Shown here piece after piece: positions 1 to 11,728 of a stretch of 37,193 bases of DNA. The notes under the pieces were generated by a model, which was given only the letters and a program-made list of their open reading frames with translations, was not told where the DNA came from and made no database searches. Made by a program: the position numbers and the translations under genes. The stretch comes from Pseudomonadota bacterium (lineage in GTDB: Bacteria > Pseudomonadota > Gammaproteobacteria > Pseudomonadales > Pseudohongiellaceae). Numbering within the stretch: position 1 is the first letter of the stretch; the number at the start of each line of letters is the position of its first letter. Location of the stretch: assembly GCA_040387155.1 (NCBI GenBank), contig JAZKEH010000216.1, positions 13,066-50,258 of the forward strand, given 5' to 3'.

Positions 1-276
1 GTTCACTTTGTCTCTCTCTTTTGCTATACATTCAGTCAATATTTCGGTAAGCACGGAACTGTTCTAAAGAGCACAATTGTACGTGAACAACAAACGAATG
101 AATCGAAGGGATTTGGTTTTATTGAACAGTCTGGCGGAAAGGACGTGTTTGTTCATTACAGCGCAATTCAATCCGATGGTCGTCGTACGCTGAAAGAAGG
201 TCAGAAAGTTAAAATGACTGTTACTCAGAGTGCCAAAGGCCCACAGGCTGAAAACGTAACGGTTGTTGGCGGCTAA
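1..276 (+). CDS. cold-shock-domain (CspA-like OB fold) protein, 3' part; the ORF runs off the left edge
   Basis: Frame 1 is open from base 1 to TAA at 274-276. The translation ends [59 protein letters not shown] and carries the RNP1-like KGFGFI and RNP2-like VFVHY motifs. There is no in-frame ATG/GTG/TTG before the domain, so the start lies upstream of the window. Confidence 0.65.
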   Translation, partial: VHFVSLFCYTFSQYFGKHGTVLKSTIVREQQTNESKGFGFIEQSGGKDVFVHYSAIQSDGRRTLKEGQKVKMTVTQSAKGPQAENVTVVGG

Positions 277-317
277 GCCCGTTTAAACATCCCGCTGTGC
301 CTCCCTAATGCTTACTG

Positions 318-350
318 CCTCGTAGCAGCCGCTACGAGGTTGTGAGTTTC
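318..350 (+). terminator. candidate rho-independent terminator of the cold-shock-domain gene
   Basis: A 9-bp perfect stem CCTCGTAGC (318-326) / GCTACGAGG (331-339) has a 4-nt loop AGCC and is followed by the T-rich TTGTGAGTTTCC. It lies 42 nt after the stop codon. Confidence 0.5.
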
Positions 351-496
351 CAGAGATCGTTTGATCGCCTCTGCGGTCAAAGATTTCGTTTGCTTGGTGC
401 GTTGCATTTGATTGCGATTGCCACCGGCCACCGATTGCCCATCCTTTCTGCGTGTACTACCTTTGTTGGCAATGATTTGTCTGCCGAGGTTGTTGT

Positions 497-1360
497 TTGG
501 ACGCATCCAGTTTACTTCGCCGCATCCAGGCCCAGCTTGGCAATCTGCGAAAATCCGAGCGCAAAGTAGCCGACTTCGTGCTGCAAAACTCCTCTGCCAT
601 GTTGACGATGCGTATTGCCGATCTGGCAGCAGCGGCAAGTGTCAGCGAGCCTACAGTGATACGCTTTTGTCGCGCGCTGGGTTTTGACGGCTTCCAGTCA
701 TTCAAATTGCAACTGGCCCAGTATCTCGGCAGCAGTGGCAACTATGTCCAGTTCTCGGTCAGTGCCAGTGATTCGGTTGCCGACGTTAACCGTAAGGTTT
801 TTGATGCCACCATTGGTTCACTGTTGAATGTGCGTGACGAAATGGATCCTCGCGCTCTTGAGCAAGCGATTGCTGCTCTGTGTGCTGCCAAACGCGTGGA
901 GTTCTACGGCTTCGGTGCTTCCGGTTCTGTGGCAATCGATGCGCAGCACAAGTTCTTCCGATTACAGGTGTCGGCGGCAGCCTATACCGATCCGCATATC
1001 CAGCACATGTCTGCCATCTCACTACGGCAGGATGACGTAGTAGTCGCCATCTCCCAATCCGGTCGCACGAAGGCACTTATTCAAAGTGTGAATCTGGCAC
1101 GTGAGGCTGGTGCACGTGTCATTGGTTTGGTACCACGCAACACCCCGCTGGCTGATCTGTGCGACTTTCCGATTCACATCAATGTTGAAGAAAGCGAGCT
1201 GGTGTACACGCCAGTCTCTTCCCGCATTGCTCATCTGGTTGTTATTGACGTTTTAGCGATGGGTGTCGCGCGCTCACGCAGTGACCTGTTGCAGGATCAC
1301 CTCAAACGATTGAACCGCAGTCTGCGCAGCTTGCGAGCACCGGGCGAACGCACGCGTTGA
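497..1360 (+). CDS. RpiR-family transcriptional regulator (N-terminal HTH plus C-terminal SIS phosphosugar-binding domain), HexR-like
   Basis: The 287-aa ORF has a TTG start at 497, with GAGG 7 nt upstream. The N-terminus LRKSERKVADFVLQN...SVSEPTVIRFCRALGFDGFQSFKLQLAQ is the RpiR HTH_6 pattern. FYGFGASGSVAIDAQHKFFR and VVVAISQSGRT are SIS-domain motifs. Overall it resembles HexR as I remember it. Confidence 0.85.
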   Translation: MDASSLLRRIQAQLGNLRKSERKVADFVLQNSSAMLTMRIADLAAAASVSEPTVIRFCRALGFDGFQSFKLQLAQYLGSSGNYVQFSVSASDSVADVNRKVFDATIGSLLNVRDEMDPRALEQAIAALCAAKRVEFYGFGASGSVAIDAQHKFFRLQVSAAAYTDPHIQHMSAISLRQDDVVVAISQSGRTKALIQSVNLAREAGARVIGLVPRNTPLADLCDFPIHINVEESELVYTPVSSRIAHLVVIDVLAMGVARSRSDLLQDHLKRLNRSLRSLRAPGERTR

Positions 1361-1381
1361 TCGCCACCCAGTGCCACAGCG

Positions 1382-3694
1382 TCAGAACGAAAAATTGGCC
1401 TCAATGCCTACTGTGCGCGGAGCATTGAAATTGGCGTAGTCACCCAGCACGGCCCGGTTGGCGTTTGAGCGACGATAGATATACTCCTCGTCAAACAAAT
1501 TGCGTGCCCAGGCCGCGAGCGTGAGCATGGCGCCACTGCTTCCCAATCCAATGTCAGCGAGCGCCACCCGAGCATTGACGATACGCGCTGCCTCTGTTTT
1601 CACGTCTTCGTTGTCGAAGCTATAGGCGCCATCAGAATAATTGCCATCAATGTGAAACTGCAATTCCATGGAGTCCATCGGAACCACGTAGTTCAGCGAA
1701 GCACTGGCTGCATTCTCTGGTGTGAACACAATGAATACCGGCTGGATCGGATTGCCCGGCAACAACGGATTGGCGGTAGGGGGTACATCCACGTACGTAT
1801 GATCATATGCAAAATTCATCGTCAGGTTATCCGACAGATAAGCGGTCAGATCCAGTTCGATGCCCCGGATTTTTGTGGTGCCGGGTGCATTCACGGTTTC
1901 CAGGGTATTGCGATTGGTAATCGGATCCACGAAGTTGAAATCAACCTGGCTGCCATCACGATTCATCGTGTACACCGCAGTATTAAGGCGAAACAGTCCA
2001 TCAAATAGTTCGGTCTTGGCACCGAGTTCATAGGCTTTCACCACTTCCGGACCAAAGGAACGATAGATCAGTGAGCGCGAACTCGCGCCGCCAGAACGAT
2101 AGCCCGAGGAGTACTTCGCATAAACGTGGATGTCGTCAGAGAGATCGTAGGCGAAGGTTACCAGAGGATCGAAATGATCGGACTCAAGGTCGAACTTCAG
2201 GTTAGTCGCGACATTGTTCACGCGGTATAGCTCACCATTTTTTTCGTCGTGCGTCTCGCGTGCTCCCAAGGTCAAGTGAAATGCCGGCATGCTTTCGGGC
2301 GTCCATGTGGCTTGGCCGAAGACAGCGTAGCTTTTCGCCCAGGCACGACTGGCACGATCCACTGAGCGAAACCCCGGCCACGTCGGCCTCGGGTCGTTTA
2401 TCGTGTAACTTGAACCATCGGCATTCCATCTGTTCGTGCTGGGTGTGGCCGCAGCATCGCCTGCGCCTTCGGTGAAATAGTAGAGACCACCGACATACTC
2501 GATAGTGTCCGAGCCTCCAACGACCTGGAATTCCTGACTGAACTGATGCTGGCTCAATTGCGACAGACTGTAGCGGCTGAAGTTACCGTTGGTCACGTAG
2601 ACCGGCGTGCGATGTGCACCGCCCGCGTTGTCCCATTGGTCATCGCTGACTGTGCGATACGCCGAGATTGAGCGCAGTTCAACATTCTCCAACTGCCACG
2701 CAATGTTCATCATGCCACCGCTGGTCTTGTCGAGCGTGACTTGCTGGGGCACACCAATGTCAGCGGTATCCATGCGTTCATCCGTCACGACTACTGTCGA
2801 TGGCAGTGCTCTGATGGTGTTGGGAGGAATCGAGCCTGCGGGTTGTGACAGTGGCAACACTGTGTAGCCGTTCGGGTTGAAGTTGATCAGCTGGCTGTAG
2901 AACGGCGTGTTTTCATCCTGACCACCGTCGTAGCTGAAGTCAGCAGTAATACTGTCTGTCGGCTGCCAGCGGGCAGAGAGACGCGCGCCGTAACGATGTG
3001 CGTAGTTCCAACCGGCAGCGCCGGGCAAGGGGTTATCGACGGAGGCATCCTGGTGCTGAAGTGCTGCATCCAGCTTGAACGACACGTTGGCGATTTCCGG
3101 AAAATCGATATGCATCGTCTCGCTGTAACTCCCGTAGTTGCCGACACTACTATTGAACCGCCCTTCGAATTCACCAGTAGGCGTTCTGCTGATGATGTTG
3201 ACTGCCCCGCCTTCTGTGTTGCGTCCGAACAGCGTGCCCTGCGGACCTTTCAATACTTCAATACGCTCAACATCCAGCAACGATGCATTTAGACCATGCT
3301 GTCGACCTAAATAGACACCATCAATGTAGATGCCTACTCCTTGCTCACGCGCGGGTTGGTTGGCATCGAGCGGCACAATGCCGCGCATACCAATGGTGAG
3401 CGCTGATTGGCGCGCTTCAAACGTAGCTACTCGCAGTGACGGCAGCGAACCGTCTGCCAGATCGCGCAAACTGAGAATGTGTCTTTTTTCCAACTCTTCA
3501 TTGTTCATCACCGCAATGGAGATCGGCGTTTCCTGCAGATTGGTTTCTCGCTTGAGCGCGGACACCGTGATCTCCACAACTTCGATGCCGGATCTTGAGT
3601 TGGGAATTTCTGCTTCAGCTGCCATCACGTTATGAGGGCGGGAAAGATAGCTGATGACTGCCAGCGATACGGCAACACGTAGACTCTGTTTCAT
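1382..3694 (-). CDS. TonB-dependent outer-membrane receptor
   Basis: The 770-aa ORF has a signal peptide (MKQSLRVAVSLAVISYL...AAEA), a TonB-box-like IEVVEITV, plug-domain motifs (ETPISIAVMN, IEVLKGPQGTLFGRNTEGGAVNIISR) and a long beta-barrel ending in the terminal aromatic ...GIEANFSF. GAGGA lies upstream of the ATG. Confidence 0.92.
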   Translation of the reverse strand: MKQSLRVAVSLAVISYLSRPHNVMAAEAEIPNSRSGIEVVEITVSALKRETNLQETPISIAVMNNEELEKRHILSLRDLADGSLPSLRVATFEARQSALTIGMRGIVPLDANQPAREQGVGIYIDGVYLGRQHGLNASLLDVERIEVLKGPQGTLFGRNTEGGAVNIISRTPTGEFEGRFNSSVGNYGSYSETMHIDFPEIANVSFKLDAALQHQDASVDNPLPGAAGWNYAHRYGARLSARWQPTDSITADFSYDGGQDENTPFYSQLINFNPNGYTVLPLSQPAGSIPPNTIRALPSTVVVTDERMDTADIGVPQQVTLDKTSGGMMNIAWQLENVELRSISAYRTVSDDQWDNAGGAHRTPVYVTNGNFSRYSLSQLSQHQFSQEFQVVGGSDTIEYVGGLYYFTEGAGDAAATPSTNRWNADGSSYTINDPRPTWPGFRSVDRASRAWAKSYAVFGQATWTPESMPAFHLTLGARETHDEKNGELYRVNNVATNLKFDLESDHFDPLVTFAYDLSDDIHVYAKYSSGYRSGGASSRSLIYRSFGPEVVKAYELGAKTELFDGLFRLNTAVYTMNRDGSQVDFNFVDPITNRNTLETVNAPGTTKIRGIELDLTAYLSDNLTMNFAYDHTYVDVPPTANPLLPGNPIQPVFIVFTPENAASASLNYVVPMDSMELQFHIDGNYSDGAYSFDNEDVKTEAARIVNARVALADIGLGSSGAMLTLAAWARNLFDEEYIYRRSNANRAVLGDYANFNAPRTVGIEANFSF

Positions 3695-3711
3695 TAACGC
3701 AATCCTCGTTG

Positions 3712-3746
3712 ACCAAATTCACTGACAAATGGTCAGAGAATTTGGT
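3712..3746 (-). promoter_or_regulatory. 35-bp near-perfect palindrome / 5'-leader stem-loop directly upstream of the receptor's Shine-Dalgarno sequence
   Basis: The plus strand reads ACCAAATTC A CTGAC AAATG GTCAG A GAATTTGGT. This gives a 9-bp outer arm and a 5-bp inner arm, with one mismatch on each side and a 5-nt centre. It ends 4 nt before the complement of the GAGGA SD (3703-3707). Confidence 0.45.
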
Positions 3747-3847
3747 AACAAGGAAATTAAAGGTGCGTTAAGAGGTTCTCTTCACGATGATGAGAACAGT
3801 ACGGCGTATTTACCGGAAAAATCAGTGTAATTCCTGATCGACAGACA

Positions 3848-3869
3848 CTGTCACTTCAATCCGTGACAG
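3848..3869 (-). terminator. weak hairpin downstream of glmS (possible terminator)
   Basis: A 7-bp inverted repeat CTGTCAC (3848-3854) / GTGACAG (3863-3869) begins 7 nt past the glmS stop. The U-tract is poor and displaced, so support is weak. Confidence 0.3.
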
Positions 3870-3875
3870 CCGGAC

Positions 3876-5711
3876 TCATTCAACAGTGACGCTCTTGGCA
3901 AGGTTACGCGGCTGATCTACGTCAGTGCCTTTGATGACGGCGACATGGTAGCTCAGGAGCTGCAGCGGTACGGTGTAAACAATTGGCGCCAGGAAATCGC
4001 TACAGTGCGGTACGTTCAACACCTTGGTATCCAGCTCATTGCTGAAGCCGGCCTGGGCATCAGAAAATACGTAGAGCTGGCCACCACGCGCGCGGACTTC
4101 CTGCAGATTTGATTTCAACTTTTCCAGCAGCTCATTGTTGGGCGCTACCGCAATAACTGGCATCTCATCGTCTACCAGCGCTAACGGCCCGTGCTTCAGC
4201 TCACCGGCGGGGTAGGCCTCGGCATGAATGTAGGAAATTTCTTTCAGTTTCAGCGCACCTTCCATTGCTACCGGATATTGGATGCCACGGCCAAGGAATA
4301 GCGCATGGCGTTTTTCGGCAAAGTCATGCGAAAGCTCCTTGATGCTTTCATCCATCTGCAACGTTTTTGTGATGATGTCCGGCAGGCTATTGAGATCTTC
4401 GATGTACGTCTGCTCCTGCTCTGGAGTCATTCCGTTACGACGGCCCAAGGCGAGTACCAGCAAAGCCAGCACTGACAGCTGTGTTGTAAATGCCTTGGTG
4501 GAGGCTACGCCAATTTCACGACCAGCAAAGGTCAGCATCGCCAAATCTGATTCGCGAACCAATGAACTGCTTGCCACGTTGCAGACAGTCAGACAGCCGA
4601 CATAGCCGGCTTTCTTGGCAAAGCGCAGCGCAGCCAATGTGTCTGCTGTTTCGCCCGATTGTGAGATTGAGACAAACAGACAGTCCTTTGGTACGAGCAC
4701 ATTGCGATAGCGGTATTCACTGGCGATCTCGACGACACACGGAACGCGCGCAATACTTTCAAACCAGTACTTGGCCACCATGCCAGCGTGACTGCTGGTA
4801 CCACAAGCCACGATTTGCACAGCCTTGGTTTTATCGAAAATTTCTCTGGCGGCTACACCAAACGCTTCTTCCAGCAGTTGGGTGCGACCGATGCGGCCTT
4901 GCAAGGTGTTGCGCAAGACCTCTGGCTGTTCATGAATTTCCTTCTGCATATAGTGACGATATTTGCCCTTCAGCACATCGTCATTTTCCTGATGCAAGCG
5001 CGTGATTTCCCGATGCACCAATTTGCCGGCATTCCAGATCTTGTAGTAAGTCAGTCCCACTTCCGCGATATCGCCTTCTTCCAGATAGACGAACCGATCT
5101 GTTACCTGGCCAAGTGCCGCAGGATCGGAAGCAATGAAATTTTCACCAATACCCACACCAATTACCAACGGGCTGCCGCTACGCGCGCATACGAGAATGT
5201 CTGGCTTGTCCTTGTTGATGACGGCGACGCCGTAGGCCCCCGTCAAGCGAGTGATCGCAGCTTTTACGGCATCGACGAAATCAACATTCTTCTCATTGAT
5301 TATGCAGTGCACCAAATGCGCGATGACTTCCGTATCCGTATCCGAACGGAATTTGTAGCCCTTCTGTTGCAGCTCATGTTTCAGTTCGAGATAGTTTTCG
5401 ATGATGCCGTTGTGGACCAGCGCTATGGTTTCGGGCGAAAGATGCGGATGGGCGTTTTCCTTTGTTGGTTTGCCGTGGGTTGCCCACCGCGTATGTGCAA
5501 TGCCCAGCGTACCGCGAGCGGGATTGTTTTTGACTTCATCGTACAAGGCTTGCACTTTGCCAACAGTCTTCGACGTCACCAGGGTTGATTGTGCAGGGTC
5601 AATCACCGCCAGGCCGGCGGAGTCATAGCCCCGGTATTCCAGACGACGCAATCCTTCGATCAGGATATCGGTGATCTGACGTTCTGCGATTGCACCTACA
5701 ATTCCGCACAT
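3876..5711 (-). CDS. glmS: glutamine--fructose-6-phosphate aminotransferase (isomerizing)
   Basis: The 611-aa ORF starts MCGIVGAI, with the catalytic Cys2 of class II amidotransferases. It has two SIS domains and the canonical C-terminus ...NLAKSVTVE. Confidence 0.97.
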   Translation of the reverse strand: MCGIVGAIAERQITDILIEGLRRLEYRGYDSAGLAVIDPAQSTLVTSKTVGKVQALYDEVKNNPARGTLGIAHTRWATHGKPTKENAHPHLSPETIALVHNGIIENYLELKHELQQKGYKFRSDTDTEVIAHLVHCIINEKNVDFVDAVKAAITRLTGAYGVAVINKDKPDILVCARSGSPLVIGVGIGENFIASDPAALGQVTDRFVYLEEGDIAEVGLTYYKIWNAGKLVHREITRLHQENDDVLKGKYRHYMQKEIHEQPEVLRNTLQGRIGRTQLLEEAFGVAAREIFDKTKAVQIVACGTSSHAGMVAKYWFESIARVPCVVEIASEYRYRNVLVPKDCLFVSISQSGETADTLAALRFAKKAGYVGCLTVCNVASSSLVRESDLAMLTFAGREIGVASTKAFTTQLSVLALLVLALGRRNGMTPEQEQTYIEDLNSLPDIITKTLQMDESIKELSHDFAEKRHALFLGRGIQYPVAMEGALKLKEISYIHAEAYPAGELKHGPLALVDDEMPVIAVAPNNELLEKLKSNLQEVRARGGQLYVFSDAQAGFSNELDTKVLNVPHCSDFLAPIVYTVPLQLLSYHVAVIKGTDVDQPRNLAKSVTVE

Positions 5712-5735
5712 AGATTTTTTTCCTGGAGAGAAAAA

Positions 5736-7115
5736 TTAATTTGGTTTTTTCGGCAGTTTCTGTGGTCGCTGCCAGCCATCGATATTGCTTTGGCGGCCAC
5801 GTGCGAGTGCCAGCTGCTTCTCAGCGACATCCTTCGTGATGACAGATCCAGCTCCGACGGTGGCTCCACTGGCTACCGTAACAGGCGCAACCAAGGCAGA
5901 GTTCGATCCAATGAATACATTATCGCCAATGATGGTTTTGAATTTGTTAACACCATCATAATTGCACGTGATAGTGCCTGCGCCGATGTTCACATCATTG
6001 CCCAGCTGACTGTCGCCCACATAACTCAAATGGTTCACTTTACTGTGACGGCCAATTTTTGACTTTTTGATTTCGCAGAAATTGCCGACTTTGGCTTCGT
6101 CTGCCAATTCAGTACCGGGGCGAATGCGAGCGAAGGGACCGATGCTGCAGTCCTTGCCGATCACCGCATCTTCCAAGACGGAGTTGGCTGAAATTTCGGT
6201 GCCGTCGCCGACGGTGCAATTTTTCAAACTGCAATTGGCGCCTATTTTTACGTTATTGCCGAGGCTCACGGCACCCTCAAGAATTACGTTGATGTCTATT
6301 TCTACATCTTGCGCGACGGTGACCTTGCCGCGCAGATCGAAGCGTGCAGGATCTCTCAGTGTCACGCCTTTCAACAGCAACTTTTTGGCTTCGCGTTGTT
6401 GGTAATGTCGCTCGAGCTCTGCCAATTGCAGACGATTATTGATGCCAGCAGTTTCTTGCTCGTCTTCACAGATAGACGTGAGAACTTGGCAGCCGTCTGC
6501 CAATGCGAGTTGAACAATATCGGTGAGGTAGTATTCACCCTGTGCATTGTTCGTCTTGATGCGCGGTAACCACTGATGCAAACGCTGCACCGGTATGGCC
6601 ATCATGCCAGTGTTGATTTCGCGAATGGCTTTTTGGACGGTATTCGCGTCCTTGTCTTCGACGATTGCAGAGATGTTGCCACTGGCATCGCGGACGATAC
6701 GCCCGAGTCCTGCCGGATTCGCAACATTACAGGTCAGTACCGCCATGCTGTTGGCGTCGGTTGCAAGCAACAACTTTTGCAGAGTCTCTGCCTGCACCAA
6801 GGGGACATCACCGTAGAGCACCAACGCAATCGCGTCCTGTTCAAGGTGTGGCAAGGCCTGGTGAACGGCATGCGCGGTGCCGAGTTGTTGTTCCTGCAGC
6901 ACGAAATTGACTTTCTGATCGCCGACGGCCTGTCTAACCTGGTCCGCGCCGTGACCAATTACAATCTGGGTGGTGGCAGCGGAAAGCTGCGTTGCAGTAT
7001 CAATTACGTGTTGCAACAGGCTCCGGCCGGCCAGCTTGTGCAGCACCTTGGGCTGGCTGGAGTACATGCGGGTGCCCTTGCCGGCAGCCAATACGACAAC
7101 ATTGATGTTTTGCAT
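5736..7115 (-). CDS. glmU: bifunctional UDP-N-acetylglucosamine pyrophosphorylase / glucosamine-1-phosphate N-acetyltransferase
   Basis: The 459-aa ORF has the N-terminal LAAGKGTRM nucleotidyltransferase motif and a C-terminal left-handed beta-helix of hexapeptide repeats. It lies 24 nt upstream of glmS. Confidence 0.96.
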   Translation of the reverse strand: MQNINVVVLAAGKGTRMYSSQPKVLHKLAGRSLLQHVIDTATQLSAATTQIVIGHGADQVRQAVGDQKVNFVLQEQQLGTAHAVHQALPHLEQDAIALVLYGDVPLVQAETLQKLLLATDANSMAVLTCNVANPAGLGRIVRDASGNISAIVEDKDANTVQKAIREINTGMMAIPVQRLHQWLPRIKTNNAQGEYYLTDIVQLALADGCQVLTSICEDEQETAGINNRLQLAELERHYQQREAKKLLLKGVTLRDPARFDLRGKVTVAQDVEIDINVILEGAVSLGNNVKIGANCSLKNCTVGDGTEISANSVLEDAVIGKDCSIGPFARIRPGTELADEAKVGNFCEIKKSKIGRHSKVNHLSYVGDSQLGNDVNIGAGTITCNYDGVNKFKTIIGDNVFIGSNSALVAPVTVASGATVGAGSVITKDVAEKQLALARGRQSNIDGWQRPQKLPKKPN

Positions 7116-7169
7116 CTCGCAGCAATCCTTTGAAGGGTAAGCCTAACGAATCAGGAGAAGCAGGATAGC

Positions 7170-7198
7170 AAAAAAAAAGGTGGCTCAAAGCCACCTTT
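7170..7198 (-). terminator. rho-independent terminator of the atp operon
   Basis: On the minus strand, AAAGGTGGC - TTTGA - GCCACCTTT forms a 9-bp stem followed by a run of six further T. It lies 55 nt downstream of the atpC stop. Confidence 0.8.
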
Positions 7199-7252
7199 CT
7201 TCCTGAAAACCTTTCGCAAACCATTAACCCACTTACGAAATTGCCCTGTGGA

Positions 7253-7678
7253 CTAGTGACCCATCTTTTTGCGCAGCTGTTGGATGGTGCGAATTTGCGC
7301 AGCGGCCTCGGCGAGCTGGGTCGCGGCGCGGGAATACTCGAAAGCTGCATCACGGTTAAGAACTGCATCTTCCGCATCTCGCTTGGCCTGCTCAGCCTGC
7401 ACTTCATCCATATCGTCAGCGCGAATGGCGGTATCGGCCAGAATATTCACACCGCCAGGCTGCACTTCAAGATAGCCGCCAGAGACGTAGAAAATCTGTT
7501 CTTCACCATTCTCGGTAACCAAACGCACAGGGCCAGGTACCAAAGCCGTCAGCAAGGCCGCATGGCCCGGCATGATACCCATGTCACCCAGTGTGCCGGT
7601 GGCAACGACAGACTCGACGCGGCCGGAGAAAATCCGGGCTTCGGTACTGGCGATATCGCAGTTCATCGTCGTTGCCAT
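7253..7678 (-). CDS. atpC: F0F1 ATP synthase subunit epsilon
   Basis: The 141-aa ORF (MATTMNCDIASTEARIFSG...GIMPGHAALLTAL) matches the epsilon subunit pattern and is the last gene of the atp operon. Confidence 0.95.
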   Translation of the reverse strand: MATTMNCDIASTEARIFSGRVESVVATGTLGDMGIMPGHAALLTALVPGPVRLVTENGEEQIFYVSGGYLEVQPGGVNILADTAIRADDMDEVQAEQAKRDAEDAVLNRDAAFEYSRAATQLAEAAAQIRTIQQLRKKMGH

Positions 7679-7733
7679 GGTTTCAGTCCTGTCTCGCGTG
7701 GTGGATCCGGTCGCTCAAAAAGGCCGCTACTTA

Positions 7734-9194
<1,461 letters not shown>

Positions 9195-9218
9195 TTAAAT
9201 TCTTGTTCGGACTCGCCG

Positions 9219-10079
9219 CTATACAGCAGCGGCACCGCTTACGATTTCCGACAATTCTTGCGTAATGGCTGCCTGGCGCGCCTTGTTATAAACAAGCTGC
9301 AATTCATGGATGATGTCGCCAGCGTTGTCGGTGGCATTCTTCATCGCGATCATGCGTGCAGCCTGTTCGCACGCGTTGTTCTCTACTACGGCCTGATACA
9401 CAAGCGATTCGATGTAACGGGTAAGCAAACCATCCAGCAGTTCTTTGGGTGCTGGTTCGTAGATGTAGTCCCAGTGATGCTGCAGTTCTTTTTCTTCAGA
9501 AGGTTGCAGCGGCAACAGCTGTTCCACGGTCGGCTTCTGCGTCATGGTGTTAACAAATTCATTGCTAACCAGGTACAAGCGATCAATTTTCTGACTGAGG
9601 TAGGCGTCCAGCATCACTTTGACCGAACCAATTACATCGGCCACTGCCGGCTTTTCACCGATGTTGCGTACCGCTGCAACAACGTTACCGCCGTAGTTAT
9701 TGAAGAACGAGGCTGCTTTGGCGCCAATCGTGCAGATCTCGGCATTGGCGCCCTGCTCGTGCCAGCCCTTCATCGCACCAACCATCGCCTTGAACACGTT
9801 AATGTTCAAGCCGCCACAAAGACCGCGATCACTCGAGATCACAATGAAGCCAACGCGTTTGACCGGTCGCTCCATCATGTATTCGTTCTTGTACTCCGGA
9901 TTAGCGTTCGCGAGATGGCTGACCACATTGCGAATGTTGGTCGCATACGGTTTGCCCAGCTGCATGGCTTCCTGCGCTTTGCGCATTTTGCTTGCTGCCA
10001 CCATTTCCATGGCGCTGGTGATCTTCTGAGTATTTTTAATACTCTTGATCTGGTTGCGAATTTCTTTACCGACCGCCAT
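9219..10079 (-). CDS. atpG: F0F1 ATP synthase subunit gamma
   Basis: The 286-aa ORF has the N-terminus [36 protein letters not shown] and the C-terminus [15 protein letters not shown], both typical of the gamma subunit. Confidence 0.96.
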   Translation of the reverse strand: MAVGKEIRNQIKSIKNTQKITSAMEMVAASKMRKAQEAMQLGKPYATNIRNVVSHLANANPEYKNEYMMERPVKRVGFIVISSDRGLCGGLNINVFKAMVGAMKGWHEQGANAEICTIGAKAASFFNNYGGNVVAAVRNIGEKPAVADVIGSVKVMLDAYLSQKIDRLYLVSNEFVNTMTQKPTVEQLLPLQPSEEKELQHHWDYIYEPAPKELLDGLLTRYIESLVYQAVVENNACEQAARMIAMKNATDNAGDIIHELQLVYNKARQAAITQELSEIVSGAAAV

Positions 10080-10085
10080 GGTTTA

Positions 10086-11630
10086 TTACCAGGTCTGAGT
10101 GGAAACGAAACTGTTGAGTGCGGCTTTGAACGAAGCAGCTGTCGCGTCGCTGTAATCGCCCGTAGTGTTGATTTCCTTCATCAAGGCGCTGTGGCTGCCA
10201 TTCATGTAGGACAACAAAGCGGCTTCGAAATCAGCGATTTTGTTCAGCGCCACTTTCTTCAGATAGCCTTCGTTGGCGGCGTAAATTACGACTGCCATTT
10301 CAGCTACTGATTGTGGTGAGTACTGTTTCTGCTTCATCAGTTCGGTTACGCGCTGACCGTGTTCCAGCTGGGCGCGGGTTGCATCGTCAAGGTCGGATGC
10401 GAACTGGGCGAATGCGGCAAGTTCACGATACTGCGCAAGTGCCAGACGGATACCGCCACCGAGTTTGCGAATGATCTTGGTCTGGGCTGCACCACCTACG
10501 CGTGATACCGACAGACCGGCGTTCATGGCCGGACGGATACCGGAGTTGAACAAGCTGGTCTCCAGGAAGATCTGCCCGTCGGTGATCGAGATTACGTTGG
10601 TCGGTACGAAGGCGGATACGTCACCTGCCTGCGTTTCGATTACTGGCAATGCGGTCAGTGAACCAGTCTGGCCTTTGACGGCGCCGTTGGTGAATTTTTC
10701 TACGTACTCAGGATTTACACGCGCGGCACGCTCGAGCAAGCGGCTGTGCAAATAGAACACGTCGCCAGGATAGGCTTCGCGACCTGGAGGACGGCGCAGC
10801 AACAGCGAGATCTGGCGGTAGGCCCAGGCTTGTTTGGTCAAATCGTCATAAATGATCAGGGCGTCCTGGCCGCGGTCGCGGTAGTACTCGCCCATCGTGC
10901 AACCGGTGTACGGTGCAAGGAACTGCATGGCAGCAGGATCGGAAGCGCCGGCAGCAACGACGATGGTGTGTTCCATCGCGCCGTTCTCTTCCAGTTTGCG
11001 CACTACGGCAGCAATGGAGGACTGCTTCTGGCCGATGGCAACATAGATACACTTAATGCCAGTGCCTTTCTGATTGATGATGGCGTCAACTGCGATAGCG
11101 GTTTTGCCCACCTGACGGTCACCGATGATCAGTTCGCGCTGACCACGACCGATTGGCACCATGGCGTCGAGCGCTTTCAGACCAGTTTGTACCGGCTGCG
11201 AAACGGACTGACGGGCGATAACGCCTGGCGCTACTTTTTCAACAGCGTCGGTCAGTTTGGCGTTCAGCGGACCTTTGCCATCGATCGGGTTGCCAAGGGC
11301 ATCGACTACGCGGCCTTCCAGTTCGGGGCCGATTGGCACTTCCAGAATGCGCTTTGTGCAGCGGCAGGTCTGACCTTCGGCCAGCTTCTGGTAGTCACCC
11401 AGTACAACCGCGCCCACAGAGTCGCGCTCAAGGTTCAAGGCCATACCGTAGATACCGCCTTCGAACTCGATCATCTCGCCGTACATCACATCGGCAAGGC
11501 CGTGGATACGAATGATACCGTCAGACACGCTGACGATAGTGCCTTCGTTCTGGGCTTGCGCAGTTACATCCAGCTTTTCAATGCGCTGTTTGATGATGTC
11601 GCTGATTTCTGATGGATTCAGTTGCTGCAT
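10086..11630 (-). CDS. atpA: F0F1 ATP synthase subunit alpha
   Basis: The 514-aa ORF has the Walker A motif GDRQVGKT and is alpha-subunit-like throughout. Confidence 0.97.
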   Translation of the reverse strand: MQQLNPSEISDIIKQRIEKLDVTAQAQNEGTIVSVSDGIIRIHGLADVMYGEMIEFEGGIYGMALNLERDSVGAVVLGDYQKLAEGQTCRCTKRILEVPIGPELEGRVVDALGNPIDGKGPLNAKLTDAVEKVAPGVIARQSVSQPVQTGLKALDAMVPIGRGQRELIIGDRQVGKTAIAVDAIINQKGTGIKCIYVAIGQKQSSIAAVVRKLEENGAMEHTIVVAAGASDPAAMQFLAPYTGCTMGEYYRDRGQDALIIYDDLTKQAWAYRQISLLLRRPPGREAYPGDVFYLHSRLLERAARVNPEYVEKFTNGAVKGQTGSLTALPVIETQAGDVSAFVPTNVISITDGQIFLETSLFNSGIRPAMNAGLSVSRVGGAAQTKIIRKLGGGIRLALAQYRELAAFAQFASDLDDATRAQLEHGQRVTELMKQKQYSPQSVAEMAVVIYAANEGYLKKVALNKIADFEAALLSYMNGSHSALMKEINTTGDYSDATAASFKAALNSFVSTQTW

Positions 11631-11728
11631 GCTGGATTCCTCAACTTAATTCCTGAATTCTTTCGGTAAAAAATTCTTGGGTAACTGCTGTTTGGTAGTG
11701 CTATTTGATTCTTGGTGCTGACTGCCGA

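Noticed and set aside
3695-3875. Fur box or iron-regulation signal upstream of the TonB-dependent receptor
   Set aside because: I could not find a convincing match to GATAATGATAATCATTATC on either strand. The receptor's motifs look like the carbohydrate-type class rather than a siderophore receptor.
5712-5735. glmS ribozyme or other leader RNA in front of glmS
   Set aside because: The glmU-glmS gap is only 24 nt, which leaves no room for a structured RNA. From memory, the glmS ribozyme is mainly found in Gram-positive bacteria.
9258-10310. 350-aa plus-strand ORF antisense to atpG/atpA
   Set aside because: It lies entirely inside two unmistakable ATP synthase genes on the other strand. Its translation is low-complexity, with no recognisable motifs and no SD. 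This is the typical shadow ORF of GC-biased coding DNA.
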